IMG/VR virus record: IMGVR_UViG_3300009709_000001
Span: 317,336 to 381,335 of that record
From: a virus
Lineage: Duplodnaviria > Heunggongvirae > Uroviricota > Caudoviricetes
Length of the DNA: 64,000 nucleotides
Reading direction: 5' to 3' (one strand)
Under the pieces are notes generated by a model, which saw only the letters and a program-made list of their open reading frames with translations, was not told where the DNA came from and ran no database searches. The translations under genes were made by a program, and so were the position numbers. This document shows, piece by piece, positions 17,801 to 25,641 of this stretch (positions within the stretch are counted from its first letter, which is position 1; every line of letters starts with the position of its first letter).

Positions 17801-18251
17801 TTTTATCCTTGCATTGAAGACCAGTGATATCCGGATACACCTTTACAAACTTGTCATCAGCAATATCACCGATAAACCAAGTATTGTTCGAAGTTTTGTA
17901 GAAGTTGATACCTTCAACAAAGTACCACCCGATCAACTTATCCGGCTCACTGGTATCGTTGAACAACAGGAAGAAGGCACGTTCACGTGCACCGTCAACA
18001 CAGACCTTGGACATACGTGCATACGGTCGCACCATTGCATCGAGCATTTGTTGCGTGGTAGGCTTTTCCACAGGTTCGGCTGCTGGTTGTTCAACTGCCG
18101 ATGCAGCAGCTTCTACCTTGGCCACTTCCTTAGGCTTATCATCAGAGCAGCCGCTCATAGCGGCAGTCACCAATGCAACATTGAGTGCGGTAAGGATGAT
18201 TGTTTTTAACGGCTTCATATATCTCGTAAGAATGGGGCATTTCTGCCCCAT
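17784..18251 (-). CDS. putative lipoprotein (155 aa)
   Basis: Signal peptide with lipobox 'VTAAMSGC' then a Pro/Ala-rich linker; immediately downstream of the VWA gene on the same strand. Confidence 0.5.
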   Translation of the reverse strand: MGQKCPILTRYMKPLKTIILTALNVALVTAAMSGCSDDKPKEVAKVEAAASAVEQPAAEPVEKPTTQQMLDAMVRPYARMSKVCVDGARERAFFLLFNDTSEPDKLIGWYFVEGINFYKTSNNTWFIGDIADDKFVKVYPDITGLQCKDKSVTTP

Positions 18252-18256
18252 TGTGT

Positions 18257-19456
18257 TTACCTATTGTTTTGGGGCGAATGGTTGTCCGGCTCGTACCAAG
18301 CAGTCATACCAAACGGTGCGACCAGCCGTCGTTGCGTATCGCCGTGGATGAGGAACAGAGTGTCGCAGTAATTCTCGTCACCCCAGCTACCGCAAGGATA
18401 GCCGTCAGTCATCACGATGAAGCGTTCCGGCATCACATCATTTTCCTTCATGTAATCCCAGTTCACTGTGAAGTCGGTACCGCCACCACCCTTCAGATCG
18501 TAGGTATCGATGTCATCGATATTTTCCGGCGTAAAGATCTGCGGGTTGTAAACGCGAGTGTCGAATGTCCAAACGGTAAGCTTGAAGTCCATGAACTGTT
18601 CCATGATGCCCTTGACTTCGCCGAGCAAGTCACGCAGCATGTCTTCAGACATAGAACCCGATGCGTCAATTGCCACAGCGGCCTCGACACGTACATCTTC
18701 CTTCGTACCCGGCAGGTAGATGCCGCTCGACTGAGACTTACGCGAGCAGCGACTCCAGGTGAAGTCATTGCGAATCATCGACTGAATCTTCATGTTCAGG
18801 ATTTCACGCCAATCCATCTGCGGATTGGTCAAATCCTTCAGCATGCGCTTCACACCTGCAGGCACATTGCCAGCGCCAGCTGCCTTCGAAGCTTGCATCA
18901 CGGCAGCACGGATCTCGTCGCCCAGGATACGGCGTTCTTCCTCTGTCATCGGCTCACCCTTGCCATCGCCTGGCTCCAAGTGGATGTCGAATTCGGGGAA
19001 CTTCTGGCTCGGGTCCTTCATTAGGGCTTCGTACACTTCTTCAGCGAACATACCCTTGAACTTGGGATCGAAGCAGGCAGTCACACCAGATGTCTTGGGG
19101 TCGGGGATCTTACCGACACTGTTCTCGTGGAGTTCCCAGTTGATGACGTAGTCGGCAGCAGCGTTCCAAGCCTTCGGCTTACGCGAACCACGACGACCCA
19201 TGTGGTCATAGACGCAGTGTTCCACTTCGTGCGCAACCAAGAAAATCGTTTCTTGTTTGTTCAACTTCAGAATGAAGTTGCGATTGAAGTAGAAACTGCG
19301 ACCATCGGTGGCAGCAGTGGGGCACCAGCCATCGGGATCGTCGGTAGCGTCCTTCAGAATCAAGCGAGTGGCCAACGTGCCCCAGAACGGCTGTTGCAGA
19401 AGAAGAGAGATGCGTGCTCGCGTCAGCTGTTCAAATGCTTTTTCCTGATCGGTCAT
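18257..19456 (-). CDS. VWA-domain protein with N-terminal HExxH metallopeptidase-like domain (DUF2201-type MoxR partner)
   Basis: 'VAHEVEHCVYDH' HExxH motif in the N-terminal half; MIDAS motif 'AIDASGSMS' (DxSxS) in the C-terminal half; GC-rich. Confidence 0.8.
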   Translation of the reverse strand: MTDQEKAFEQLTRARISLLLQQPFWGTLATRLILKDATDDPDGWCPTAATDGRSFYFNRNFILKLNKQETIFLVAHEVEHCVYDHMGRRGSRKPKAWNAAADYVINWELHENSVGKIPDPKTSGVTACFDPKFKGMFAEEVYEALMKDPSQKFPEFDIHLEPGDGKGEPMTEEERRILGDEIRAAVMQASKAAGAGNVPAGVKRMLKDLTNPQMDWREILNMKIQSMIRNDFTWSRCSRKSQSSGIYLPGTKEDVRVEAAVAIDASGSMSEDMLRDLLGEVKGIMEQFMDFKLTVWTFDTRVYNPQIFTPENIDDIDTYDLKGGGGTDFTVNWDYMKENDVMPERFIVMTDGYPCGSWGDENYCDTLFLIHGDTQRRLVAPFGMTAWYEPDNHSPQNNR

Positions 19457-19509
19457 AAATTTCCTTATTTGTTGCTTAATTACACTGTAGCATCACCATT
19501 GACGGACTG

Positions 19510-19731
19510 TCAAAGGGTAGCAAACTTGAGTGCGAAGAGTGTGGCTGTCTCTTCATTCTCAAACTCAATATATGGTGTCCCAAAATGGTCAATCATTCCG
19601 TACTCTGCCTTCATTTTTCTCCAGAACTCCTTAACCTCTTCAGAATCAATATCACCATTGGTTCCATAGATGCTGACATAGTTATTCCAGGCTTTGCCAA
19701 ATTGACCTTCGTATACATTCACGAGATGCAT
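19510..19731 (-). CDS. small protein, member of tandem paralog family (C-terminal 'YIEFExEExAxLFxLKF')
   Basis: 73 aa, ends 'GTPYIEFENEETATLFALKFATL'; first of four tandem paralogs. Confidence 0.5.
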   Translation of the reverse strand: MHLVNVYEGQFGKAWNNYVSIYGTNGDIDSEEVKEFWRKMKAEYGMIDHFGTPYIEFENEETATLFALKFATL

Positions 19732-19741
19732 TTTATTCTTA

Positions 19742-19963
19742 TTATGTCCATTTTAGGAGGAAGATTGTTACATCCTCCTCGGTTTCAAATTCGAGTTTAT
19801 GTCGATCAACAACTCTGATACATTTGATGTCTCTGAATGCTCGTTCAAGGCCTCCTTTGCCATCGAATTGAACTTGATCGACAAAGTTAGACCATGCGTT
19901 ATTATTCTTTTCGGAGGCCTTGGGACCGGTAACAGTTAGGTATCGAGACATTATACTGACCAC
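19742..19963 (-). CDS. small protein, tandem paralog family member
   Basis: 73 aa, ends 'HKLEFETEEDVTIFLLKWT'. Confidence 0.5.
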   Translation of the reverse strand: MVSIMSRYLTVTGPKASEKNNNAWSNFVDQVQFDGKGGLERAFRDIKCIRVVDRHKLEFETEEDVTIFLLKWT

Positions 19964-20169
19964 CTCAGAAGAAATGCAGTTGCATCCTCATCTTCTTCAA
20001 ATTCAATATATGGTGTGTCCCACAAATTATGTCCACCGAATTTTGCCAACTCTTCGAAGATGTCGTAGTAGGGTGTCGGACTATTTTCCGAAATATAATC
20101 ACGAAATCTTAACCATTCGGTTCGGTGTAAACCACCATTGACTATATCTAATCTTGTTGTCATGCCCAT
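19951..20169 (-). CDS. small protein, tandem paralog family member
   Basis: 72 aa, ends 'DTPYIEFEEDEDATAFLLRWSV'. Confidence 0.5.
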   Translation of the reverse strand: MGMTTRLDIVNGGLHRTEWLRFRDYISENSPTPYYDIFEELAKFGGHNLWDTPYIEFEEDEDATAFLLRWSV

Positions 20170-20357
20170 CTGAGCTTGAAGATCAATTCCTGTTCTTCAG
20201 ACTGGAACGGAATTTTTAGCCAATTAATATTCGTACCTAGGTTGAATTGTCGACCTTGATCAACTAACCAGGCCTCGTATTCAAGGCCAGTACCGCCAAT
20301 ATACTTACGAAAATAATCATAAGCATTTTCGAAATAGGGTTGTATCGGGAGTGCCAT
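20160..20357 (-). CDS. small protein, tandem paralog family member
   Basis: 65 aa, ends 'KIPFQSEEQELIFKLRWA'. Confidence 0.5.
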   Translation of the reverse strand: MALPIQPYFENAYDYFRKYIGGTGLEYEAWLVDQGRQFNLGTNINWLKIPFQSEEQELIFKLRWA

Positions 20358-20418
20358 AATTTATATCATATATTTTAACAAAATTAGTTATAGTCTGCAA
20401 GATATAAACATAAATACT

Positions 20419-21405
20419 ATGGTAAATGTATTCTATAAGGAATTTCTAAAGATGAAGACACACAAATGCGAAAATATGACTTGCCAGAATAAATCCGAAA
20501 AGGATAAGTACGGCAATTATAAAAGATACTGCTCGGATGAATGCAAAAAGGTATCGAGATTATTAAAATTCAAAGAAACATATCAACATAAAGATATGGG
20601 TGCAATATTACAAAAACGAAAAGATACATTATTGTCTAAGTATGGTGTCGAGAACGCAGCATGTATATCTGAGGTCAAAGAAAAACTGCGTATAACCACT
20701 ACTAATACCGCGCAAATCCGCACAATAAAAACTAAAGAGACAAACTTAGCACGTTACGGCGTTGAGAGTACAAATTCCCTTGAGTCTGTTCAAGAGAAGA
20801 AAAAGCAAACCTTACTTGAAAGGTACGGCGTAGATCATCAACTTAAAATACCAGGAGTAGCTGCCGAAGTTTCGAAGAAGAATTCGGAAAATGCTAAGGA
20901 GCGACTAGTAAAGTCGAAGAAGACCAATCTTGAAAGATATGGATGTGAAAATCCATCTGCAAACGAAGATATCAAACTCAAAAGAACTGCAACTATGATT
21001 GAACGGTTCGGTGTAGAGAATGCATCGCAGAATGCTAAGGTTCAGTCGAAAAAAGTCAGGGCCGGCTTTAAGACTAAAAAATATACTTTCCCGTCCGGAA
21101 GAATAGACCATGTCCAAGGATATGAACCTTTGGCACTCAGTCAACTTTTACAGGAGGGATATCAAGAAAATGACATTATTACGCTTGATGAATTGATGCC
21201 GGAACTATGGTATCATGAATCGGATGGATCTAAGCGCAGATATTTCCCAGATATTTATATCCCGAAAGAAAATCTATTAATCGAAGTTAAATCCGAATAT
21301 ACTTATCGCGGATTTATTGGTTGGCTAATAACCAACCAATTAAAAGAGCAATGTGCCAGAGATGCTGGATTTAATTATCGACTAATGATAATGGTAAAGA
21401 AATAA
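20419..21405 (+). CDS. putative PD-(D/E)xK-type homing endonuclease with seven N-terminal ~22-aa 'RYGVE' repeats
   Basis: Plus-strand insert between minus-strand genes. It carries tandem repeats (LLSKYGVENAA..., NLARYGVESTN..., LLERYGVDHQL..., NLERYGCENPS..., MIERFGVENAS...). The C-terminus 'FPDIYIPKENLLIEVKSEY' fits a PD...(E)VK nuclease core. 'CATAAATA' lies 2 nt upstream of the ATG. Confidence 0.6.
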   Translation: MVNVFYKEFLKMKTHKCENMTCQNKSEKDKYGNYKRYCSDECKKVSRLLKFKETYQHKDMGAILQKRKDTLLSKYGVENAACISEVKEKLRITTTNTAQIRTIKTKETNLARYGVESTNSLESVQEKKKQTLLERYGVDHQLKIPGVAAEVSKKNSENAKERLVKSKKTNLERYGCENPSANEDIKLKRTATMIERFGVENASQNAKVQSKKVRAGFKTKKYTFPSGRIDHVQGYEPLALSQLLQEGYQENDIITLDELMPELWYHESDGSKRRYFPDIYIPKENLLIEVKSEYTYRGFIGWLITNQLKEQCARDAGFNYRLMIMVKK

Positions 21406-21434
21406 AAAAGCCCGGTTTAACCGGGCTTTTTGTT
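21404..21434. terminator. bidirectional rho-independent terminator between convergent genes
   Basis: AAAAAAGCCCGG-TTTAA-CCGGGCTTTTT has an A-run before and a T-run after, so it can terminate transcription from either strand. Confidence 0.7.
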
Positions 21435-21483
21435 GATAACTTACTTTGCAAAGGCGTTGTAAGTCATTGATTTTAAAGGATTT

Positions 21484-22710
21484 TCAGTCCTCGAGGATGA
21501 ACTTGCCGTACTTGTCGTGGAACGACTTGAACTGCTTCAGCTCACGGTGGTTGATCGGCAACGAATAGTCCCGCAGCGCGGTCTTGGCTCCCAGAACGAT
21601 CATCTCAGTCTGGAAGTTGTCCATCATGAACTTGAAGAAGTGGTCCACGCACTCGTGCCATTGCTTCATGTCGAAGCCGTCGCCATCGCCCTTGCCGTTG
21701 TTCTGCTTGGCCTTCAGCGACCATTCCTGCAGCGTGTAGCAGAGGCTGATGGTCAGCGAGTACATGGCAGACAGGTCCTTGACGTTCAGCGTCTTTTCCT
21801 TGCCCATCAGCACGTCTTCCGACTTCGGCATCTTCGCCGCAACGCGACGGTGTGCAGTGAACTCGGTAGCGTTGCCTTCACCGACGGTACCTGCCACGAG
21901 GGAGGTGTTCATCGATTCCGGCAGGCTGTCGCTGATCAGCTGGGACACGAAAGTCCAGGAACGCGGCGTAGCGAACGCCTTGTCCGGCGACTTCGGATCG
22001 AAGTCGAACAGCTTCTGCTTGTGGTGCGACAGGAAGCCCACAACGTCCGGGTGAACCTTGGCGCCGATCGCCCACTTCTGCCAGTCTTCGAAGTTCGAAG
22101 TCATCTCGATGTGAACCAGACGGTTTGCCAGCGGGCTGGGCATACGGTAGGTCACGCCCTTGTCGCTGTCGCGGTTACCAGCGCACAGCATGGACACGCC
22201 ATCGGGCAGGTGGTATTCGCCGACACGACGGTTCAGGATGAGCTGGTAAGCAGCAGCCTGCACGCTCGGAGGAGCAGCGTTGATTTCGTCCAGGAACAGG
22301 ATCGCGTTGCTCATGTCGTAAGCGGCGCGGATCGACAGGGCGTATTCGCGAGCAGTTTCAGCTTCTTCGCTGACGTCCTTCTCGTCGAACTTGGCCGCAG
22401 CGGCCTCTGCCTTCTCGACGTCCTTCTTCTTGATGGACTTCGGCAGGTCGGCAGGATGTGCCCACTTCATGGTCTTGGTCTCGACGTCGAAGTAGGGGAT
22501 GCCCTTGATGTCAGTCGGTTCGAGCAGCAGCAAGCGCATGTCGATCACCTTGCGACCGGCCTTTGCGCCGATTTCAGCGATCAGTTCCGATTTGCCAATG
22601 CCCGGGGGACCCCAGATCATTGCGGGGCGGCGCACTTCCATGCAGCGCTCCAGAAGAGTCTTGACGTCCTTCGGACGTTCTTGACGGGAAGTAGAATGAT
22701 TTGCAGCCAT
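21484..22710 (-). CDS. MoxR-family AAA+ ATPase (AAA_5; CbbQ/NorQ/CobS-like)
   Basis: Walker A 'GPPGIGKS', Walker B 'LFLDEINAAPP'; GC-rich; the long antisense plus ORF 21517..22734 is judged spurious. Confidence 0.85.
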   Translation of the reverse strand: MAANHSTSRQERPKDVKTLLERCMEVRRPAMIWGPPGIGKSELIAEIGAKAGRKVIDMRLLLLEPTDIKGIPYFDVETKTMKWAHPADLPKSIKKKDVEKAEAAAAKFDEKDVSEEAETAREYALSIRAAYDMSNAILFLDEINAAPPSVQAAAYQLILNRRVGEYHLPDGVSMLCAGNRDSDKGVTYRMPSPLANRLVHIEMTSNFEDWQKWAIGAKVHPDVVGFLSHHKQKLFDFDPKSPDKAFATPRSWTFVSQLISDSLPESMNTSLVAGTVGEGNATEFTAHRRVAAKMPKSEDVLMGKEKTLNVKDLSAMYSLTISLCYTLQEWSLKAKQNNGKGDGDGFDMKQWHECVDHFFKFMMDNFQTEMIVLGAKTALRDYSLPINHRELKQFKSFHDKYGKFILED

Positions 22711-22806
22711 GTGTTCTCCAGTTGGCGGGGTTAAAATTGCGTTGTGTCTGTATTATGTCTGCATGCAACGAATGAGTCAAACGGCAAATGCAGGTACTTG
22801 GGGAAA

Positions 22807-23478
22807 TTAAGAATAATGACCACCTTTTAGGATTTTCATAATTCGAATTTGGTCTGCTTCGTATTTGGCCTGTGCAGCCTCGAAGTCTTCATCGGCCCAT
22901 TGTTGGGCAAGGCTGGGCCAATCTTCCAAAAAGATAATTACATCCCAGCCCCATTCTTCGTTACCACCTCCCCCACTGGAAGTTTTAATTCCAACAAAGT
23001 TGAGGAGATTACTCATCGGGTAAGAACCAAAATTGGTAGTACGGCTTAGGGAACCTCGACAATAACCAGTCCACCCGGGATAACCGGTAGGTTTGTTCTT
23101 ATCTTGAGCACACCAATTCATGAGTCCCCAATCAGGACGTACATGAGAATTTGATGCATGCTTAAATGATGACATATCGAGCTTGATATTTGATATGTCA
23201 TCATTTGCGTGGAAAAAGTCTCCCCACTTGCCAGCCCTAATTGTATTACACCAATCCATAAGTTGTTTCTGGTGCTTTTGAATCCAGGGGCAGATTTCAT
23301 GAAGGTAACTTACTTCTTTCTTCAGTTCGCGAAGTTCCTTCAGAATGTTCGATACAGTCTTTTCGTACCTTGCTTGTGCTACCCGTTTCTTACGGAGTTC
23401 AAGAAGGTGTTCACCATATTCAGCTCTATCTGTGAATATAGAACCAGTGAAAGGACATTTATTAACGATGATTCTCAT
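22807..23478 (-). CDS. hypothetical protein (223 aa)
   Basis: Minus-strand ORF; Trp-rich; G-rich loop (SSGGGGNEEWGWD). Confidence 0.5.
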   Translation of the reverse strand: MRIIVNKCPFTGSIFTDRAEYGEHLLELRKKRVAQARYEKTVSNILKELRELKKEVSYLHEICPWIQKHQKQLMDWCNTIRAGKWGDFFHANDDISNIKLDMSSFKHASNSHVRPDWGLMNWCAQDKNKPTGYPGWTGYCRGSLSRTTNFGSYPMSNLLNFVGIKTSSGGGGNEEWGWDVIIFLEDWPSLAQQWADEDFEAAQAKYEADQIRIMKILKGGHYS

Positions 23479-23749
23479 ATTTCAATTTAAAAATCGTTGC
23501 ATGTTCTTCATGAAGAAAATAGAATGAGAATTCGTATCTCCAGACTACATCTTTTGACCAACACCAATCGTCACCAAACTGCTCGTCACAATAGTCGAAT
23601 ATTTCATTAAATTTTAGTCCCGGGACATTGTCAAAAGAGACTTTTGTCCAATCTTGCACCTTTTCTTGCCAATTGTCGGATGTAAGTTCGAATTTAGCAA
23701 CCTTCCGAGCAAGGCTCAGGGCCTTAATATCGGCCATCGTATAACTCAT
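23462..23749 (-). CDS. hypothetical protein (95 aa), 'EDA-motif' family-like C-terminus
   Basis: Ends 'WRYEFSFYFLHEEHATIFKLKYENHR'. Confidence 0.45.
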   Translation of the reverse strand: MSYTMADIKALSLARKVAKFELTSDNWQEKVQDWTKVSFDNVPGLKFNEIFDYCDEQFGDDWCWSKDVVWRYEFSFYFLHEEHATIFKLKYENHR

Positions 23750-24087
23750 TTAACCTTCCCGGCTAAGACTTCCCACATCAACTTAGCTTCGGCCTCTTCG
23801 ATAAACGAGGGCCAGATCTCTAAAAGCTTTTCAGGCGAAATTTTGACATAGCCCTTGCGTAGTTTGCTCTCACGCAGCTTGTTTAGGTCATGACCCGTAA
23901 TATCCGCCTTAAACTGCATGGCTTTGCCCCTGCGTCCCCAGAATATGCAGCAGTTATAGCCCCAGTCTTTAGTAGTCCATGCAGCCGCATCGGGTGTGGG
24001 GCGCAAGAAGTAACCCCAGATCTTGTCCGAATTTCCCTCTTGGCACCAACCAATAAACACAAATTCTGTAGTCATAGTGTTATTCAA
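23746..24087 (-). CDS. hypothetical protein (113 aa)
   Basis: Minus-strand ORF. Confidence 0.45.
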   Translation of the reverse strand: MNNTMTTEFVFIGWCQEGNSDKIWGYFLRPTPDAAAWTTKDWGYNCCIFWGRRGKAMQFKADITGHDLNKLRESKLRKGYVKISPEKLLEIWPSFIEEAEAKLMWEVLAGKVK

Positions 24088-24096
24088 TAGTCATAA

Positions 24097-24104
24097 GATA
24101 AATA
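24097..24104 (+). promoter_or_regulatory. late-promoter-like GATAAATA box upstream of GIY-YIG gene
   Basis: GATAAATA 24 nt upstream of the ATG at 24129, with AGGAG at 24113-24117 as RBS. Confidence 0.35.
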
Positions 24105-24128
24105 TAGTTTAGCAGGAGAATAGAAATT

Positions 24129-24881
24129 ATGCAAGAATTTAAACCAACATGGTTATACATAAAGAAACACAATATCACTGGTTTACAATATTTCGGTAAA
24201 ACAAATAGATATCATCCCGAGAAATATATAGGGTCTGGAAAATACTGGCTAGCGCATTTAAGGGTGCATGGAAAAGATATATCAACAACATGGTGTGAAC
24301 TATTCTTCGACCAGCAAACATTGGTAGAATATGCGCTTAAATTTTCAAAAGAAAATAATATAGCCGAATCAAGTGAATGGGCCAATCTTAAGTTTGAAAA
24401 CGGTCTTGATGGAGGTCACAGTGGCGTGGCAAGGAGCGATGAGACAAAGGAAAAATTATCTAAGAAAAATAGAGGAAAACGACATACAAAGGAAACCAAA
24501 AATAAAATTTCAGATTCCAATAAAGGTAAACATAACATGGTAAGACCTGCAGATGTCGGAGCCAAAATTTCGAAAGCACTGACCGGTAAAAAACGAGGTC
24601 CAATGCCAGATGAAACAAAAAGAAAAATTGGTGATGCAAATAAAGGAAAACCTTCATCAAAGAAGGGTATACCAATGCCAGATGAAACAAAAAGAAAAAT
24701 TGGTGATGCAAATAAAGGAAAACCTTCATCAAAGAAGGGTATACCTAGGTCAGCTATTGATAAAGATAAAATCAGAAAAGGCCAAGAAAATGTACCCGAA
24801 ATAACTTGCCCACACTGTCATATTTCAAATAAACCCGGATGTATGAAAAGATGGCACTTTGATAATTGTAAAAAGAAATAA
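24129..24881 (+). CDS. GIY-YIG homing endonuclease with NUMOD3 repeats and C-terminal Zn finger
   Basis: N-terminus 'LYIKKHNITGLQYFGKT...YIGSGKYW' is a GIY-YIG core. It has repeated 'ETKxKISxxNKGK' modules, including an exact duplicated one. The C-terminus is 'CPHCHISNKPGCMKRWHFDNCKKK'. Confidence 0.8.
   Translation: MQEFKPTWLYIKKHNITGLQYFGKTNRYHPEKYIGSGKYWLAHLRVHGKDISTTWCELFFDQQTLVEYALKFSKENNIAESSEWANLKFENGLDGGHSGVARSDETKEKLSKKNRGKRHTKETKNKISDSNKGKHNMVRPADVGAKISKALTGKKRGPMPDETKRKIGDANKGKPSSKKGIPMPDETKRKIGDANKGKPSSKKGIPRSAIDKDKIRKGQENVPEITCPHCHISNKPGCMKRWHFDNCKKK
24600..24743 (+). repeat. perfect 72-bp tandem duplication (2 copies) inside GIY-YIG gene
   Basis: 24600-24671 is identical to 24672-24743; in the protein this duplicates 'MPDETKRKIGDANKGKPSSKKGIP' exactly. 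Confidence 0.9.
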
Positions 24882-24905
24882 GGTGACTTAGTCACCTTAT
24901 TTAGA
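24881..24905. terminator. bidirectional hairpin terminator between convergent genes
   Basis: AGGTGAC-TTA-GTCACCT followed by TATTT on the plus strand and UAUUUCUUUUU on the minus strand. Confidence 0.6.
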
Positions 24906-24921
24906 TTGACGTCAACTGGCT

Positions 24922-25545
24922 TTAGAAGAACAAGCCGCCGAATGCAATGCAGATAATCGTCAGGACGAGCATGACCCAGAAGCCAAGCCATTCGCCGTCG
25001 GTTTTGAGGTCGCCAAAGCTCTTCGGGATGCGAATCAGCTTCGTGCCCTTGAAGAATCCACCCAGGTACGAATATTCCACCTTCTCGTAACGGGCAGTGA
25101 ACAGGCGCTTGTAGATCACACGCACCATCGTCAGGCCCACCGTCAAGAAGATCACACCGTAGAGTGCCTTCATCAGCGCTGCACCAGCGACCTTCCAGAT
25201 GATGATCAGTGCGGTCAGCTTACCCGCGTCAGACTTGAGGAAGTCATTTATCGTGACATTCAGTTCCTTGGCTGCGATGCCCATGGCCTTGGCAAAGCCT
25301 TCGGCTGCGGCAGCGGCCTGTTGGCCCCAGGTTGCAGCGAGTGTCATTGTGGCACCCACATCCTTGGCGGGCGCAGCAGCATCGGCGACACCCTTGGCCT
25401 GTTGTGCGACGATCTGGGCAGCGTGTGCCTTCAGGTCTGCGATCTGGGCATCGGACAGACCCGATGTATCGATATTCGTGCTAGCCGCGAAAGAGGTTGC
25501 GGCGCACAGTGCGAGTGCCATACCGGCGATCATTTTGCGAAACAT
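24922..25545 (-). CDS. Ala-rich membrane protein (207 aa): signal peptide plus two C-terminal TM helices
   Basis: Signal-like N-terminus (MIAGMALALCAATSFAAS), an Ala-rich periplasmic part, then TM segments (LTALIIIWKVAGAALMKALYGVIFLTVGL ... WLGFWVMLVLTIICIAFGGLFF); GC-rich. Confidence 0.55.
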   Translation of the reverse strand: MFRKMIAGMALALCAATSFAASTNIDTSGLSDAQIADLKAHAAQIVAQQAKGVADAAAPAKDVGATMTLAATWGQQAAAAAEGFAKAMGIAAKELNVTINDFLKSDAGKLTALIIIWKVAGAALMKALYGVIFLTVGLTMVRVIYKRLFTARYEKVEYSYLGGFFKGTKLIRIPKSFGDLKTDGEWLGFWVMLVLTIICIAFGGLFF

Positions 25546-25585
25546 GGTTTTCCTTTCAGAACAAAGTTTTAACTGACAAATGCAT

Positions 25586-25608
25586 TATAGGGCCACCAGG
25601 GCCCTATA
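25586..25608 (-). terminator. GGGCC-core hairpin between GC-rich genes
   Basis: TATAGGGCC-ACCAG-GGCCCTATA, a 9-bp stem; it shares a GGGCC/GGCCC core with the hairpins at 26844 and 31341. Confidence 0.4.
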
Positions 25609-25641
25609 GTCAACTGAGTTTTACGTCAATTGGAACTGGTT

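Noticed and set aside
24460-24804. Possible CRISPR-like or direct-repeat array suggested by repeated ORFs in several frames
   Set aside because: It is a single exact 72-bp tandem duplication inside a coding region, the NUMOD repeat of a GIY-YIG gene. There are no spacers and no further repeat units.
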